Of a stretch of DNA of 64,000 nt, positions 24,834 through 37,273 are shown in pieces. Position 1 is the first letter of the stretch, and the number at the start of each line of letters is the position of its first letter. The translations under genes were made by a program, and so were the position numbers. The notes below the pieces were generated by a model. The model ran no database searches. It saw only the letters and a program-made list of their open reading frames with translations, and was not told where the DNA came from. The stretch lies in the NCBI RefSeq assembly GCF_006345805.1, contig NC_042999.1, forward strand, positions 93,930,001 to 93,994,000, given 5' to 3'. The DNA is from Octopus sinensis. Its lineage: Eukaryota.

Positions 24834-27800
24834 CGGTTTTTTTGACTATTTATTAAAATTTTATGTATTGATTAAGTCTTTCCTTGTTTGTTTTGCAAAA
24901 TAGTGGTTTTGTCTCGAATAATATTTTATAATATTTTACTATAAAATCGATTTAATCCTAAATCTGATTTTTTCCCTGTAAATTTGGATTTATTCCCTAA
25001 TATTTATTATTATATATATACACATATATATATACATATACATATACATACAATTATATACAAGGAAAATTTTATTCTTTCTCCCATATACATAAAATAC
25101 AAACGCACATATGCATGGTGATTTGTCAGAACATTTGCTGGAATGTATTATTTCTCCTATTGTTGTGACTGAATTTAAATCACGCCGAGCGTAGCTCTAC
25201 CATTTACTGATCAGTGATCAATAAACTGCATCAAGCAACAGCAGTGGCTGTCAGAAATAGTAAGCATAATATAATATGCCTTACGTAATCAATTCTGAGA
25301 TTTTCGCCGTGATTGTAACTACTTCGACTTTAGTAGTGGCTTGATTTTTCGCTCAAGACTTTGGTTGCAGAATTTTACTGCAGGTAACATTTTTTTTTAG
25401 TTTTTATAGGAATGTGTCCAATTATCATTTGTACGTTATGAGTCGGTCATTTCTGTGATTTGTTTAGGGAGAGTGTTGAAATATACATAGGGACGTAGGA
25501 ACTAAGACAGTTGTATAACAAAATTTTTAATGTGCTGTGGGCTCAATTTGTGTAAGGTGTAATTTAAAACTTCATATTAGCAATATTTTGACGATGGCTC
25601 TTTAGATTTATGAGTAACAAAATCTCAAGATTTCTATACATACGTATGAAACTAGTTTTGTCCAGGGGCTTTCTTATACATACTTATAGTTTTAAGTTAT
25701 TATTTATTCGTTAAAAAGGTAAACTAAGTTAGCAGCATTTGATTGGATGCCAGTGATACGATGGAATGTTGTCATATATTCAACAATTCCACTATCACAC
25801 GCAAGAAATGTGACGCATGCATTTGCTCACACGCAAATCTCTGTGATATTTTTATGTGTTCACTATTATATATTAGCAGAACTTGGCGAAATAACACAGA
25901 TTTTGAAACACATACTTGCCGAACATAAATTAGATATGCGTCAACATTATATATTTTTTACTGATTGTTATCTTTCAATATCTATCAATGTTTTTTCCTT
26001 TAATATTCTAAGCTATAATGTTTGACACTTTATCAAATATGATGGCACGAACAGAACTTTTCCAACGTTTTCAGATCTGAAGTAAATTTTATATAAACAA
26101 GATAGTGGCATATTTTCTGGGAATAAATAATGCTTTAATGTTACGGAAATAAATATTTATATCTCGTTCCTGATAATGCGATGAATATATGCTATCCTTG
26201 GCAATTTTTCTTACGAAGGAGGCAAAAAGGTTGTCAATGATAATTCTTTATAAATAGGTAAGTAAAGATTTCAGTCGCGAAAATCAATGACAAGAGAGTT
26301 AATTCACAGCAGTGAATTACAGGTGTTTCAGCTGACCAACAGATACAAAATTATCTATTCATATATATGTACAATAATGGTATTAAGAGATTGTACACAA
26401 ATGAAGCTCTACATGTGATGTCGCGGTACCTATCTTCAGAGATAATTTTTCTAACATTCGAAAATACTCTATTTCCAAATATAAAGCACACTGTGACAGG
26501 AGTCAGAAAAAAAGAGCAGATCAGGCATTTGGAAAGGGTATAAACTAATGAAAACACTTAAGAAATAAAAGGGAAATAAAAATAATAACAGTAATTGAGG
26601 TAGTCAGCGGAGAGATATAATGAAGAACGATGAAAGAGTGTGATTGAGATGGAAAAAAGAAAGCAGAGAGATAGACAGAGTATTTAAAGTAGAAAGACGA
26701 TAAACGTTCATGTAAATGATATTAAGGCGACGCAGGGGAACGTATCGTAACTCGCGCTATGCGATTGTGCGTTGGAGTTGAATATCAAATAGAAATATTT
26801 AAAGAAGAGACAGGAAACGTCAGCAGGTCACATGCTGAGCTTTCCTCAAAATACTTACTTGCACAGTTCATAGTTCATTCCATGAAGTAGAATAATTCAG
26901 CTTTTTGGCAAATGCCTATAATGTTCAGAGGATAGTATACGCCCTGTGCAAATCCTTCCACCACATGACAAAAGCTTCAGGCACATGCAACATTTGATTT
27001 TTTAAACATCTTTACTAGCATTATTATATGTTGTATACTATGGATGATCGTAGCTGAAAAAAACAAAGCGTAATAAAAAATAAAAAACACGATTGCAGCA
27101 ATGTATATATCAGTGTTTAATAAAAGCACCTGTCAATGCCATGTTTCTGCAAAAGTTTGTAGAACTGCAGAACTGAAAAACTACATTCAGGCTACTCATA
27201 TATATATATATATATATATATATCAAATGTAGCAATCAGGTGATAGCTTTCTTCCAAATAGAGTTTAAGCCATCATTTACGCTATACAATTAACGTTATG
27301 AACTGTAAATTAAATGACATCATTTACAAATATCTCGGATTTTATGTAATGTACTGGTCCTTACTGTGCATGTGCATCAAACTTGATTTCAACTTTTAAC
27401 AAATGCACAAAATATACGAGGATTAGTTGAGACCCTAGTTTTGTGAACAAAGCTACGTGTGAGTATATAAAATCTACTGGGAAAAGTCTTTTATGAAATA
27501 TAGTCGGTATCCACCAGATTAGGATATATCTTTGCTCACCTGTTGCAAACATATCTTTATAAAACAACTGAAATATTATAAGATCTCCCTCTTTCTCTGT
27601 TTCTTTCTCTCTCTCACTCATCAATTTCGATTCGGGAACATTTCGATGATCGACCGCCTTATTGAATTACCGCGGAAAATAGCTAACAAATCCACAGAAA
27701 TTTTCGAGCAGGTTGTGCATGAAGCTCTTTGACAAATACGGGCCATGCTAAGTCGAGTCCATTTTGTAGGCGAACATGCACTTTCGACCTACCCATCTTA

Positions 27801-27944
27801 ATTCACATTACATTGGACAGCTCGAGCTTTTAGTAAAATCATTTGCTCAAAAGACTCAGTGGAAGTGAACCCGACATCTGAGAGTTATAAATTAAACTTA
27901 TTAACCCCTGAAGAATGTGGGCAATACCAAACGAAATATATATA

Positions 27945-28171
27945 TTTTCTCTACCCACAAGGGGCTAAACACGGAGAGGACAAACAAGGACAGACAAATG
28001 GAATAAGTCGATTACATCGACACCAGTGCGTAATTGGTACTTAATTTATCGACCCCGAAAGTATGAAAGGCAAAGTCGACCTCGGCGGAATTTGAACACA
28101 GAACGTAACGGCAGACGAAATACCACTAAGCATTTCGCCCGGCGTGCTAACGTCTCTACCAGCTCATCGCC
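27945..28171 (-). mobile_element. tRNA-derived SINE (aaggcggcgagctggcaga...gtcgactttgcctttcatcc family)
   Basis: Reverse complement gives ggcgatgagctggtagagacgttagcacgccgggcgaaatgcttagtggtatttcgtctg...gtgttcaaattccgccgaggtcgactttgcctttcat; several sibling copies in the window. Confidence 0.85.
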
Positions 28172-28757
28172 CTAAACTATCTTAATATATGGCAAACATC
28201 AGAACGGAGAGATGATTAACATGAAGAGAAGTGTAATTAATCATTCTATAAATTTTTTGCTGCATATAAAGTGCATGATTTAAGCGAAATCATAACACAT
28301 TAGTCTATGTATATAATACTGTGTTTCCGATTTCAAGCTTAATCGTCGGGAAATTTCATTTTCTTCAAACTGGCCTCAATGAAAACACAATCAATAAGAT
28401 ACAGCAACCATTTTGATTAATAAACAATAGCTTGTTTTAATTTCAAATCCTATGAGCTACCTTATTCCAGTTAATTCATTGGAATAATACCAATGAGCTG
28501 CTAGAGAGTCTTAGTCCCGTTTCATCCACGAAAATATTTTGTCGTATGCACATGTTACCATAACCGTAGTTGAGAAGTCAATGACTATATTTGTAATTTG
28601 CCAAATGAATTGATCTGAGTTAAAATCTGGCTGAATTCGTCTTCACTGCTTACTCTTCCTAGTTGAATAAAATATGTTTCAATACAGTACAAATAAGGGA
28701 ATGGCCTTTCTGTATAAACCGCTAGTTATTTTAGGAAGTACTATTCTCGCCTAAGTG

Positions 28758-29395
28758 AGGTGGTGAGCTGACGGAATCGTTAGCACGGCGGAGAAAATGC
28801 TTAGCGTTCTTTCGTCCGTCTTTACGTGTTTAAGTTTGGAGCTGCAATTCAGCCTAGGTTGACTTTGCCTTTCATCCTTCGGGATCGATAAAATATGTAC
28901 CAGTTGAATACTGAGATTGATGTTATCAACTTATCCCCAACCAACAAACTTGCTGGTCTTGTGCTAAAATTTGAAAAAATTATTATGGTTTGTGTGAAGG
29001 CGGCGATATGGCAAAATCATTAGCACACTGAGCAAAATACATAACGGAATCTCTTGCGTTATGATATCAAATATCGCTGAGGCCGACTTTGCGTTTCATT
29101 ATTTCGGGGTCTATAAAATAAATATCAGTTGCACACTAAAGGCGACGTAATCGACTCAACCCCTCCTCCGAAGTTGCTGGCCTTGTACGAAAATTTGAAA
29201 CTAGTGTTATCGAGCACATTAAGATCGTTAGCTTGCAGACTCGATAACGCACCAGGCAAAATGCGTTGGAACATTTCATCCATCCATATCGTTGGTTTTC
29301 GTTTCTGGATGGCTGAAATAAGTACCAGTTTAGCATTAGCGTTAATGTAACGGACTGGCCCTTCCCACAAATCTCTGGTCTTGTGCCTATAATAG
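28758..29395 (+). mobile_element. Three tandem head-to-tail copies of the same SINE family
   Basis: Units start at ~28758, ~28998, ~29215; each has cgttagc(a)c...aaatgc...tttcatc...aaataagtaccagtt...gg(c/t)cttgt(g/a)c; mutually diverged. Confidence 0.8.
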
Positions 29396-29509
29396 AATGG
29401 ATATTGAAGCAATGTCTTAAGCACCATGCAGTATCTAATTATGCATGTTTTAATTTCAGTAGACCGCAGTCGTCTTAATCATCAATCATGAGTGATGTCA
29501 TTTCTGATA

Positions 29510-29680
29510 TAGTTATAAGGCCTGAAATTTTGAGGGAGTGGTCTAGTTGATTACATCGAACACACTGCTTAAATGGTACTTCTTTCATAGGCGGAATTTA
29601 AACTTAAAATATATAGATGGATAAAATGCCACTAAGCAATTTTCCGGCACGTTAAGAAATCTACCAGCTTGTCGCCTTCA
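29510..29680 (-). mobile_element. Degenerate SINE copy (same family)
   Basis: ggcggaatttaaac...actaagcaattttccggcacgttaag...taccagcttgtcgcc mirrors the 27945-28171 copy. Confidence 0.7.
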
Positions 29681-30951
29681 TCATTCGTGAATAATAATAA
29701 TAAAAAAATTATATTCAACGATTTATTCGAATTTAATCTATCCAAATATTTATCTTGTTGGGTTATGTTATCAGTCATTATTATCATTAAAGTTGGTGGC
29801 CTGTAAAGCGAATTGGTAGATTTTTAGAGAAAAAAAAGTACGATATTTGTTATTTTTATTGTGAAATTAAATTAATTCTTCGATCCTTAATTTCATCAAT
29901 CAGTTATAGAAATTGTGTTAAAACATGTTCTTTAGACAATTTACAAAATCACGGTATGTTTTAAGAAAGTGCTCTGATGCGTTAGGAATTTGCTGGACTT
30001 CGTAATTTTAACAAAATTTGTCACGTTACTTCACATAAAATACAAATCCCTTATGATGTTGCCCGCTCATCATTGAGCAAAAAGTCTCTAATGACAATAT
30101 CACCGCCGTGTCTCCCTCGAAACTGCACTGTTTTTCATTACTGATTAGTAAATCGCTTACTGTACATAACAGCTTTCTTCAGAGTCTTATGGGCAGAGTA
30201 TATTTCGTAAAAGAAAACACTTTATCAAAATGTTTATTCAAAAGTAAATTATCACTCCAAATATACATATTCTTATCTCTCTTCACTATTTTCTCTAGAT
30301 TATTTTAATTGAACATTATCGTCTCCGCCATCATCACTACAAATATCTATATCACTAGCAATATCTACTCAATGGCAAAAAAACTCAAGATCACTGTACC
30401 TCTCTTATTCAGCTTGATTCATCACAAATAGAATTATTCTTTTCGTGAATTTATAAAATCTAAAAATGTGACAGATTTTGCTTAACACTTGAAATTCCTT
30501 ATCCTCGTTCTTCATTTTAAAATTATAATAGTATGAGCTCTTCAAGGAACTTTACATAATGTTATAAATTGAATACCTCGGAAAGCACTATGATGTTTAG
30601 AGATAACAATTACACGTTTGTTAAATTAGCGATTCACTTAAGAATTTAAATCACTTAATTTTCAATTTAATTTTATTCGTCAATTTAAACGTATTATTTA
30701 TATCACAATGTTATTCTAATCTTCCGAGATTTAATCTGTATATCTCTTTCATCCTTAAGAAAATCCTCGCAAATATATCTAACGACATTTCAATTAAGAA
30801 AAGCTTACTTAGTATAATTAATAGATCACGCAGCGTAGGTTAAGAACCTTTATTTGGCATTTCGTACGATGTTTCTGTAATCCAAATTTGGTAACATATA
30901 ATAGCCATTCAATTAATTGACACTGCTGATCATTCAGTGGTAATGTAAATG

Positions 30952-31073
30952 TTAGTGATTTAATAAATCCTGTATGGCGTTTTTCCAATCCATTCTGGGA
31001 ATACGGAAAATTCTAATGCCTTTGACGTCGCTGTCGCTAACAACATTCTCGAGTAACACAATATGTTCATTAA
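30952..31073 (-). CDS. Candidate terminal coding exon (NEHIVLLENVVSDSDVKGIRIFRIPRMDWKNAIQDLLNH*), unverified
   Basis: Strong acceptor aatttctttatcgttccAG followed by 39 sense codons and TAA; protein-like composition; no family recognised. Confidence 0.25.
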
Positions 31074-32001
31074 CTGGAACGATAAAGAAATTGCTTTGTG
31101 GAGAAATAGTCAAAGAATGCTAGCAGTTTGGAAAGCGTAATATTTGAGATACTATGACATGTCATACCCAGTCTAATATTTAGACTATATTGTGTCGATA
31201 GAACTGAAGGTCACACATTAAATTTACAACACAAAGGCAGATTCAAAACTGCATGTTAATAATGTAAAATAAATGACTTGATACACCCACTGAATTATTA
31301 TACCAGTCAGCAGAAACAGAGTATTGAAAGTTCAAATATTCGCCTGGTATTATAACGTTCCTTCTCCTTTCATATGATCACATTAGAAATAAGATTCTTA
31401 ATTATATGGATTAGTATTACACAGCACCAAAGTAGAGAACGCAAATGAGATTATCAAGTATTGCACTTGAAATACTGTTTTACATTTAAATCTATCTTTT
31501 TAAAACCTTTCTTCAATCACAAAATTGTTAATTTTTTGCGCTAGCTTTTGCGGAGGAAACTGGAATATTTTCTATTAGATATTATCAGGTTGAAAAGGAA
31601 AATTGCATAGCGTTCATTCAAATAAACATACACATGGCAACGTCGCAACATGCCAACACATACACATATTCATACGCACATATGTTTTCCCCTTTTAATC
31701 GGTAGAAGTCACAAAGTAACTGAAAGGCCGGGTATCATTCAATATGACAATGTTTTAGTTACTTCAAAATCTTGGGGACTAATTTTAATTATACTGACCA
31801 TTAACTGTTTCTGAAATGTCCAAAATGCTTTAGAATTGGAAGACCATGTAAAGAAGGGGCCTTTGCAAGAATTTTTCATGTTGAGAAATATAACAATTAT
31901 TTTAATTGCATTGATATATACATACACATACACATACACACACATATATATTCATATAGACATAAAGGTATACATGGACTTGTTATGAAAGGTATCTTAA
32001 A

Positions 32002-32330
32002 TTGTTAGAACAATTCCATCAAAAATGCCTTCATCGTATTTTAAACATTAAATGGAGTTCTTTTACTCCAAATACAGATGTCCTTGCATCTGCAGGCATC
32101 ACCTTAATTAACGCTATGATTTTGAGGAACCAAATGAGATGGTGTAGCCGTATTGATCGGATGTCGGATGAACGCATGCCGAAACAGCTGTTTTATGGTG
32201 AGCTTGCAGAGGGGAAATTTTGTCGACGTAAACCTAAGGGAAAAGGTTTGAGCATGGCATAAGGACTACTATGAAGTCACTTGCAATGGAACCAAAAGAT
32301 ATAGAAACCCTTGCTTCGGATCGAGTTTGA
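32002..32330 (+). mobile_element. RTE-clade LINE ORF C-terminal fragment
   Basis: LEQFHQKCLHRILNIKWSSFTPNTDVL...LRNQMRW...RMSDERMPKQLFYGELAEGK is the characteristic RTE/BovB-type C-terminal motif. Confidence 0.88.
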
Positions 32331-32405
32331 TGGCGAAGCCATGGAAAACGAACCTCGACCAAATATTCTGCCTATATGACTGCGCATGTACACACGCACA
32401 CACAC

Positions 32406-32486
<81 letters not shown>

Positions 32487-32489
32487 GCA

Positions 32490-32597
32490 CAAGCGTGACT
32501 GCGTGGTACGAAGCTTGCTTCCCAACCGCATGTTTCCGGGCTCATTCCCACTGCATGCCATCTTGGTCCGGTGTCCTCTACTATACCCTTCGGCTAA

Positions 32598-32638
<41 letters not shown>

Positions 32639-32845
32639 TATAAATATATAATTTTTTGTTACACTGTAACCACTAGACAACCGGTGTTAGTGTGTTTAAT
32701 TGCCCGTAATTTAGTAGTTTGCCAAAAGGACCGGTAGAATACGTACCAGGCTTTAAAAAATTAAGTACTGGAGTCCATTTATTCGACTAAATATTGGAGG
32801 CGGTGCCCCAGGTTGACCCCAGTCTAATGGCTGAAGCAGGTAAAA
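32490..32845 (+). mobile_element. SINE split by (TA)n
   Basis: gcgtggtacgaagcttgcttcccaacc head, cccactgc..gccatcttgg body, and tail gacaaccggtgttagtg...ggcggtgccccag...ctaatggctgaagc. Confidence 0.7.
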
Positions 32846-32909
32846 TGCTATAAAATACTCTCTCTCTCTATATATATACATGCATATATATATGTACACA
32901 TATAAAGTA

Positions 32910-33365
32910 CATATATGGGTACAGGACGTTACCTACCGTAAAGAACATAAAGTAAGAAAACAAACGAGTTAAATACGCAAACGATTAGAGAAAGAAAATG
33001 GAAAACAAGAGAAGTAACACAAAGAGCAACCCTTCATCAATTTTACTCCTCATTTCGATCATTCAACGACAACATGAATCTTCAAAGACAGTTGCTCTCA
33101 TAACGTCCACAACTTCCACAACTTTGACCATCCATAAATCCAACATTTTATTTTGGAAGTTATGTGAGCAACTGGTTTCGAAGACTCATATTGTCGTGGA
33201 ATGATTGAAATGAGGAATAGATAGGCAGCCAACAACTGATGAAGGGCCGTTCTTTGTGTTACTTTTCCTGTTTTCCATCTTTTACTCCCGTTGTGTGCGT
33301 ATTTAACTCGTTTCTTTTCCTACTTCATAATGTTTACAGTTGGTGAGGTCCTGTACCCATATATG
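32910..33365. repeat. Imperfect ~455-bp palindrome (fold-back) between TA tracts
   Basis: atatgggtacaggac...aaacgagttaaatacgca...aagtaacacaaag...cccttcatca...cctcatttc.atcatt.acgacaa...cagttgctc.cataac is mirrored on the other strand; centre near 33135. Confidence 0.88.
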
Positions 33366-34384
33366 CACACATATATATATATATATATGTGTGTGTCTGT
33401 GTGTGTGTGTGTGTGTATGTGTGTGTGTGATTGTGTGTGTGCGCGCGCGCGCGCGCGTGTGTGTGTGTGTGACGTAGCACTCTGCACAAGTTCGTGGTTA
33501 TCTACACTCACTAAGTGAAGAGCAAAAGGATTCCAAGTCAGCTGGACAAGGAAGCATAGTATATCATATCGGATAAAACTTATGTATTTCAAACTTTTAA
33601 ATAAAAAATAATACGAATTTCACTTTCAATTGTAATTGTACCAATGCATTTCTAACGACATCCCATGCATTTGATTATGTGTGAAAAATTTCATTATATG
33701 CCTATGACCGACTGACGCTTTATCAAGAATGTTGTAAATCGTTTCATTCTACGCTATGGAATGAATATCTATTCGGTGTTTCTTTATACGGGGTTGAAAA
33801 AGAAAAATGAAGAGAAAAATTATAAGGGAGAAATATTGGTAACAATAACATCAGCAGCAACTGCAACAACAACAACGACGACGACCAAAACAACAACAAC
33901 AGCAATAACAACAGCAATAACAATAATAACTAGCTGGACCCGTGAAACTTTCACGGAAAATATAATAATTATAAACATCTGTAAATAGTGACATCATTTA
34001 ATAACTATCGAATAATTACGTATAAACAGGATCCTCGGTAGTTGTACGAAATACAAAAAATGTAAGCATCTTTAAACACTGACCATGTTTAAGTAATTAA
34101 GTATAAGTTTTGTTATTTTTGTGTTATACAACTAATGATCAAAATTTTTTATACAATGTAATTTGATATTATATAAATCGATAGTTGATATACATAGACA
34201 TTGCACAATGATCACTTCCACATCCGCAGGCGGTGTGAGCGTTGATTTTTCTTTTTAACTCGTACCGCCTGTAGTCCAGGATATTTGAGCAGTGACGTCT
34301 TTTGTTTTTAACTGGTACGACCTGTATGTAGTCAGTGATTTCCTGTCTCTCTCTGTGGGTTTTCCTTTTATGCTAACAATGTTG

Positions 34385-34534
34385 TGTCGAAAAGGAAACG
34401 TTTTCTAGCGTTTTCCGAATGACGATCTGAGAATGATGGTCTGAGAACTGTTTCATTCTCTTTCACTATTATTCTCCATCCACATCTCCCTTAGACTTTT
34501 GAGAAGTAACAGTGATATCCACAGCTATTTGCTG

Positions 34535-34575
<41 letters not shown>

Positions 34576-34654
34576 CAGACATAATAACTGTCAAATAGAT
34601 TGATAGATACAGAGAGAGTGAAATAAGTAGATAGGTGGATAGGATTCAGGGAAT

Positions 34655-34695
<41 letters not shown>

Positions 34696-35477
34696 GGGGA
34701 GGGGGGAGAGAGAGAGAGAGAGGGGGGGAGAGAGAGATGCAACATTTCTTTCTGCAATTTACATATTTTCAACTGCTTTATCATATATCGTCGAAAAGGA
34801 AATGTTTCCCAGTGTTTAGTCTATGACGATATGAGAATGGTTTTTATTGTCTTTCGCTATTCTGTATCCACTCTCTTCCTTCACTCAATTTATCTGTCTC
34901 ACTCTTTCTCTCTTCCGCTCTCTCTCTCTTTTCCACTAATTCCTCTCTCCCTCCTCTGTGTCTCCTTGACTGCCACCCATCCGTCTGCGTTTATAGTGTT
35001 ATCTACCCTCACTATTTCCCCCTCCTTTCCTCTTTCTCTCCTTTATGTCTCCTTGCCTCTCACGCATCTTCATGCCGTATGAAAATTGAAAGTAACATCC
35101 AATATTTGCTGTGGTAATTTATCCCCGACTTAACAAAGTGTCGATGTATCTACTTTTCTTTCAATGCATGTATCTGCCTCCTGTGAAAATACTGGTAAAC
35201 ATTCTAAAACTCAAAACGAACGCCACCTTCCTTTCAGTTATCAATCACTCACTCTCTCTCTATCTCTGCCACTGTCACTCCATCTCTGACACTCATCTCT
35301 CGCGCTTTGGCACTCAATTCAACTATACCTCCGCTGCTTAACATCTTTTATTTGTTATTTTCTTTGTACCTCTCCTTTCAACTGTAGAGAAGTAACATTA
35401 ATATCCACAGCTATTTGCAGACAAAGGGCGAGAGAGAATGTGTGAGAAAAATAGGCAGACAAACAAAATAAATGTCT

Positions 35478-35510
<33 letters not shown>

Positions 35511-36420
35511 GTAGGTAGGTAGGTAGGTAGGTAGGTAGGTAGGTAGGTAGGTAGGTAGGTAGGTAGTTTGGTAGGTAGGTAGGTAGCTAGCTAGATATCT
35601 AGATAGGCAACATTTGTTTTTGCAATGTCCATACTTTATCATTAATCGTCAAAAGCGAAAGTTTTCCAGCGTTGTATCTATGACTAGCAGTATCGCCCGG
35701 CGTTGCTCGTGTTTGTAAGGGAAATAATTATAAAGCATTTTTAGATAGTTATAGCCAAAAAATAGCAAAAAAATGGGAAAAAAATGATAGTAATTTTTTT
35801 TGAGAGTTAAAAAGGTCGAGTTGCATCCCCTAGACAGTCTGTGGTTTGTGTTTCTGATTCTCGACCCCATGTCGAATTTATCAATTTTTTCAGAACTGGG
35901 GGAACTTTTCAAAATTTTCGCTGCGTTAGTTTTGAATTATGACATTGGGCTATGTGTGTGTCAAGTTTCATCAGAATCGGTTGAAAGCCGTGGTCAGGGT
36001 GAGGGTACAACCTAACAGACACACAGACACGCAGACAGACAAACTGCCGTTTATATAGAGAGAGATGATATGAGAACGGTTTTATTGTCTATCATTCCTT
36101 CATTCAATCTCGCTCACTCTCCCCACTCTCTCCACCTCTCTCTCTCTCTCTCTCTCTTCCCCCTCCATCACCTCTCCCTTCTATGAGTTTCCCTGCCTCT
36201 CACTCTTCCTCCTGCGTTCAACGCATTTTCTTTCTGTTACCTGTCAGCGCTATGAATCTCCTCTCACATTCCCTGTCTGTCCCTCCTCTTTGTCGTTTTG
36301 CCTCTTACTTCAGCTCCACCTCTAACAACTTTTATTTCTCTCTTTTTTTAACCGCTTCCTTTGAAGTAAGCGTGATACACACTACAGGTACGTACGTATG
36401 TATTCATATTTTAGCATATT
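34385..36420 (+). repeat. Diverged local tandem repeat (three partial units at ~34387, 34789, 35645)
   Basis: Recurring gtc(g)aaaag(g/c)aaa.gttt.c.agc/tgtt...tgacgat(c/a)tgagaa and agaagtaaca...tatccacagctatttgc...aggcagaca motifs, each with AG or GATA microsatellites. Confidence 0.7.
35685..36066 (+). mobile_element. Non-autonomous Helentron/DINE-1-like (HINE) element
   Basis: Begins (ac)tagcagtatcgcccggcgttgctcg (subterminal hairpin), has a (GACA/CA) tract near the 3' end and ends ttatata..agat. No TSD: removing it restores ctatgac|gatatgagaa, matching the paralogous unit at 34821. Confidence 0.75.
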
Positions 36421-36429
36421 GATATTTCG

Positions 36430-36502
36430 GATGATGATAATAATAATGATGATAATAATACTACTAATAATAATGATAGTAATAATGAAAATAACAACAA
36501 CG

Positions 36503-36581
<79 letters not shown>

Positions 36582-36597
36582 TAATAATAATAATAAA
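36430..36597. repeat. (TAA)n microsatellite
   Basis: Directly visible; source of the poly-Ile ORFs. Confidence 0.95.
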
Positions 36598-36599
36598 TG

Positions 36600-37190
36600 T
36601 GAACGAAATTCTGAAATCCATCCGAAGAAAAAACATCCCAGAAACGGAAAACTTGATCAAGGTAGCATGTATTATGGTAGAGAGAATGTGGGTGTTGGAG
36701 TCAAGAAAAAGAAATATAATAGGAGTAACAAAAGAAAGGATTCATAGTGTAAAAGAAGAATACAGGTGTGGTTAGATATTCTCTCGAAAGATATTTTTGT
36801 GTGCGACCGAAAAGGGAATTGGATGATTAAAAGCGGAAAAATACAGGACAGAGAGCAAGAAGGGTCTGAAATTGGTAAGGAAGGAACTGAAACAGTGTCC
36901 CATTGCAAAGAAAGCACAGATGGCAAGATACGACCAAAGAATGGCTACGAGCAGAATAGGTTATTCAGAGTAGATCAGAAGAGATTCTACAAAGAAATCA
37001 CTGGAGAGTGTACACATGAAAAGTTTATACCAGATAACATTGAAAGTCAAATGTTTTTGAGTGACTCTTGTGACAAAGAATACAAGAAGGAAGCTGAATG
37101 GGTGCAAGAACTGAAACAAACAGGAGTCTGTCCAAAACAGGCAGAACTAGTCATTTCAGCTAGGGATGTGGAGGAAATTAGCAAACAATT
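36600..37190 (+). mobile_element. R4/Dong-like RLE LINE, pre-RT fragment
   Basis: NGYEQNRLFRVDQKRFYKEI...PDNIESQMF...EAEWVQELK matches the QNRLF..DQKRFY motif upstream of the RT in R4/Dong-type elements; decayed. Confidence 0.75.
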
Positions 37191-37211
37191 AGGCAAATAT
37201 TATTATTATTA

Positions 37212-37261
<50 letters not shown>

Positions 37262-37273
<12 letters not shown>

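Larger units (their letters stand above)
20697..24930. repeat. 4.2-kb head-to-head inverted duplication: ~2-kb arms (20697-22723 / 22927-24930), 203-bp spacer
   Basis: Arms are reverse complements differing only by scattered substitutions and slippage, e.g. (TATAAAA)9 vs 6, ctccc/ctcct, A5 vs A7. Each arm holds diverged internal repeats (~690-bp period; ~200-bp subunit at 21478, 21748, 22165). Confidence 0.97.

Noticed and set aside
20697-24930. Simple assembly fold-back artefact
   Set aside because: The arms differ at several substitutions and repeat-length sites and have a structured spacer, which a plain read-chimera would not give. A haplotype mis-join is not excluded without long reads.
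26860-27053. Minus-strand exon with strong acceptor and GTAAGT donor
   Set aside because: All three frames contain stops; at most a non-coding exon, unsupported without RNA data.
33180-33260. Hammerhead in the 32.9-33.4 kb palindrome
   Set aside because: CTGATGA and GAAAC lie on opposite strands and cannot form one core.
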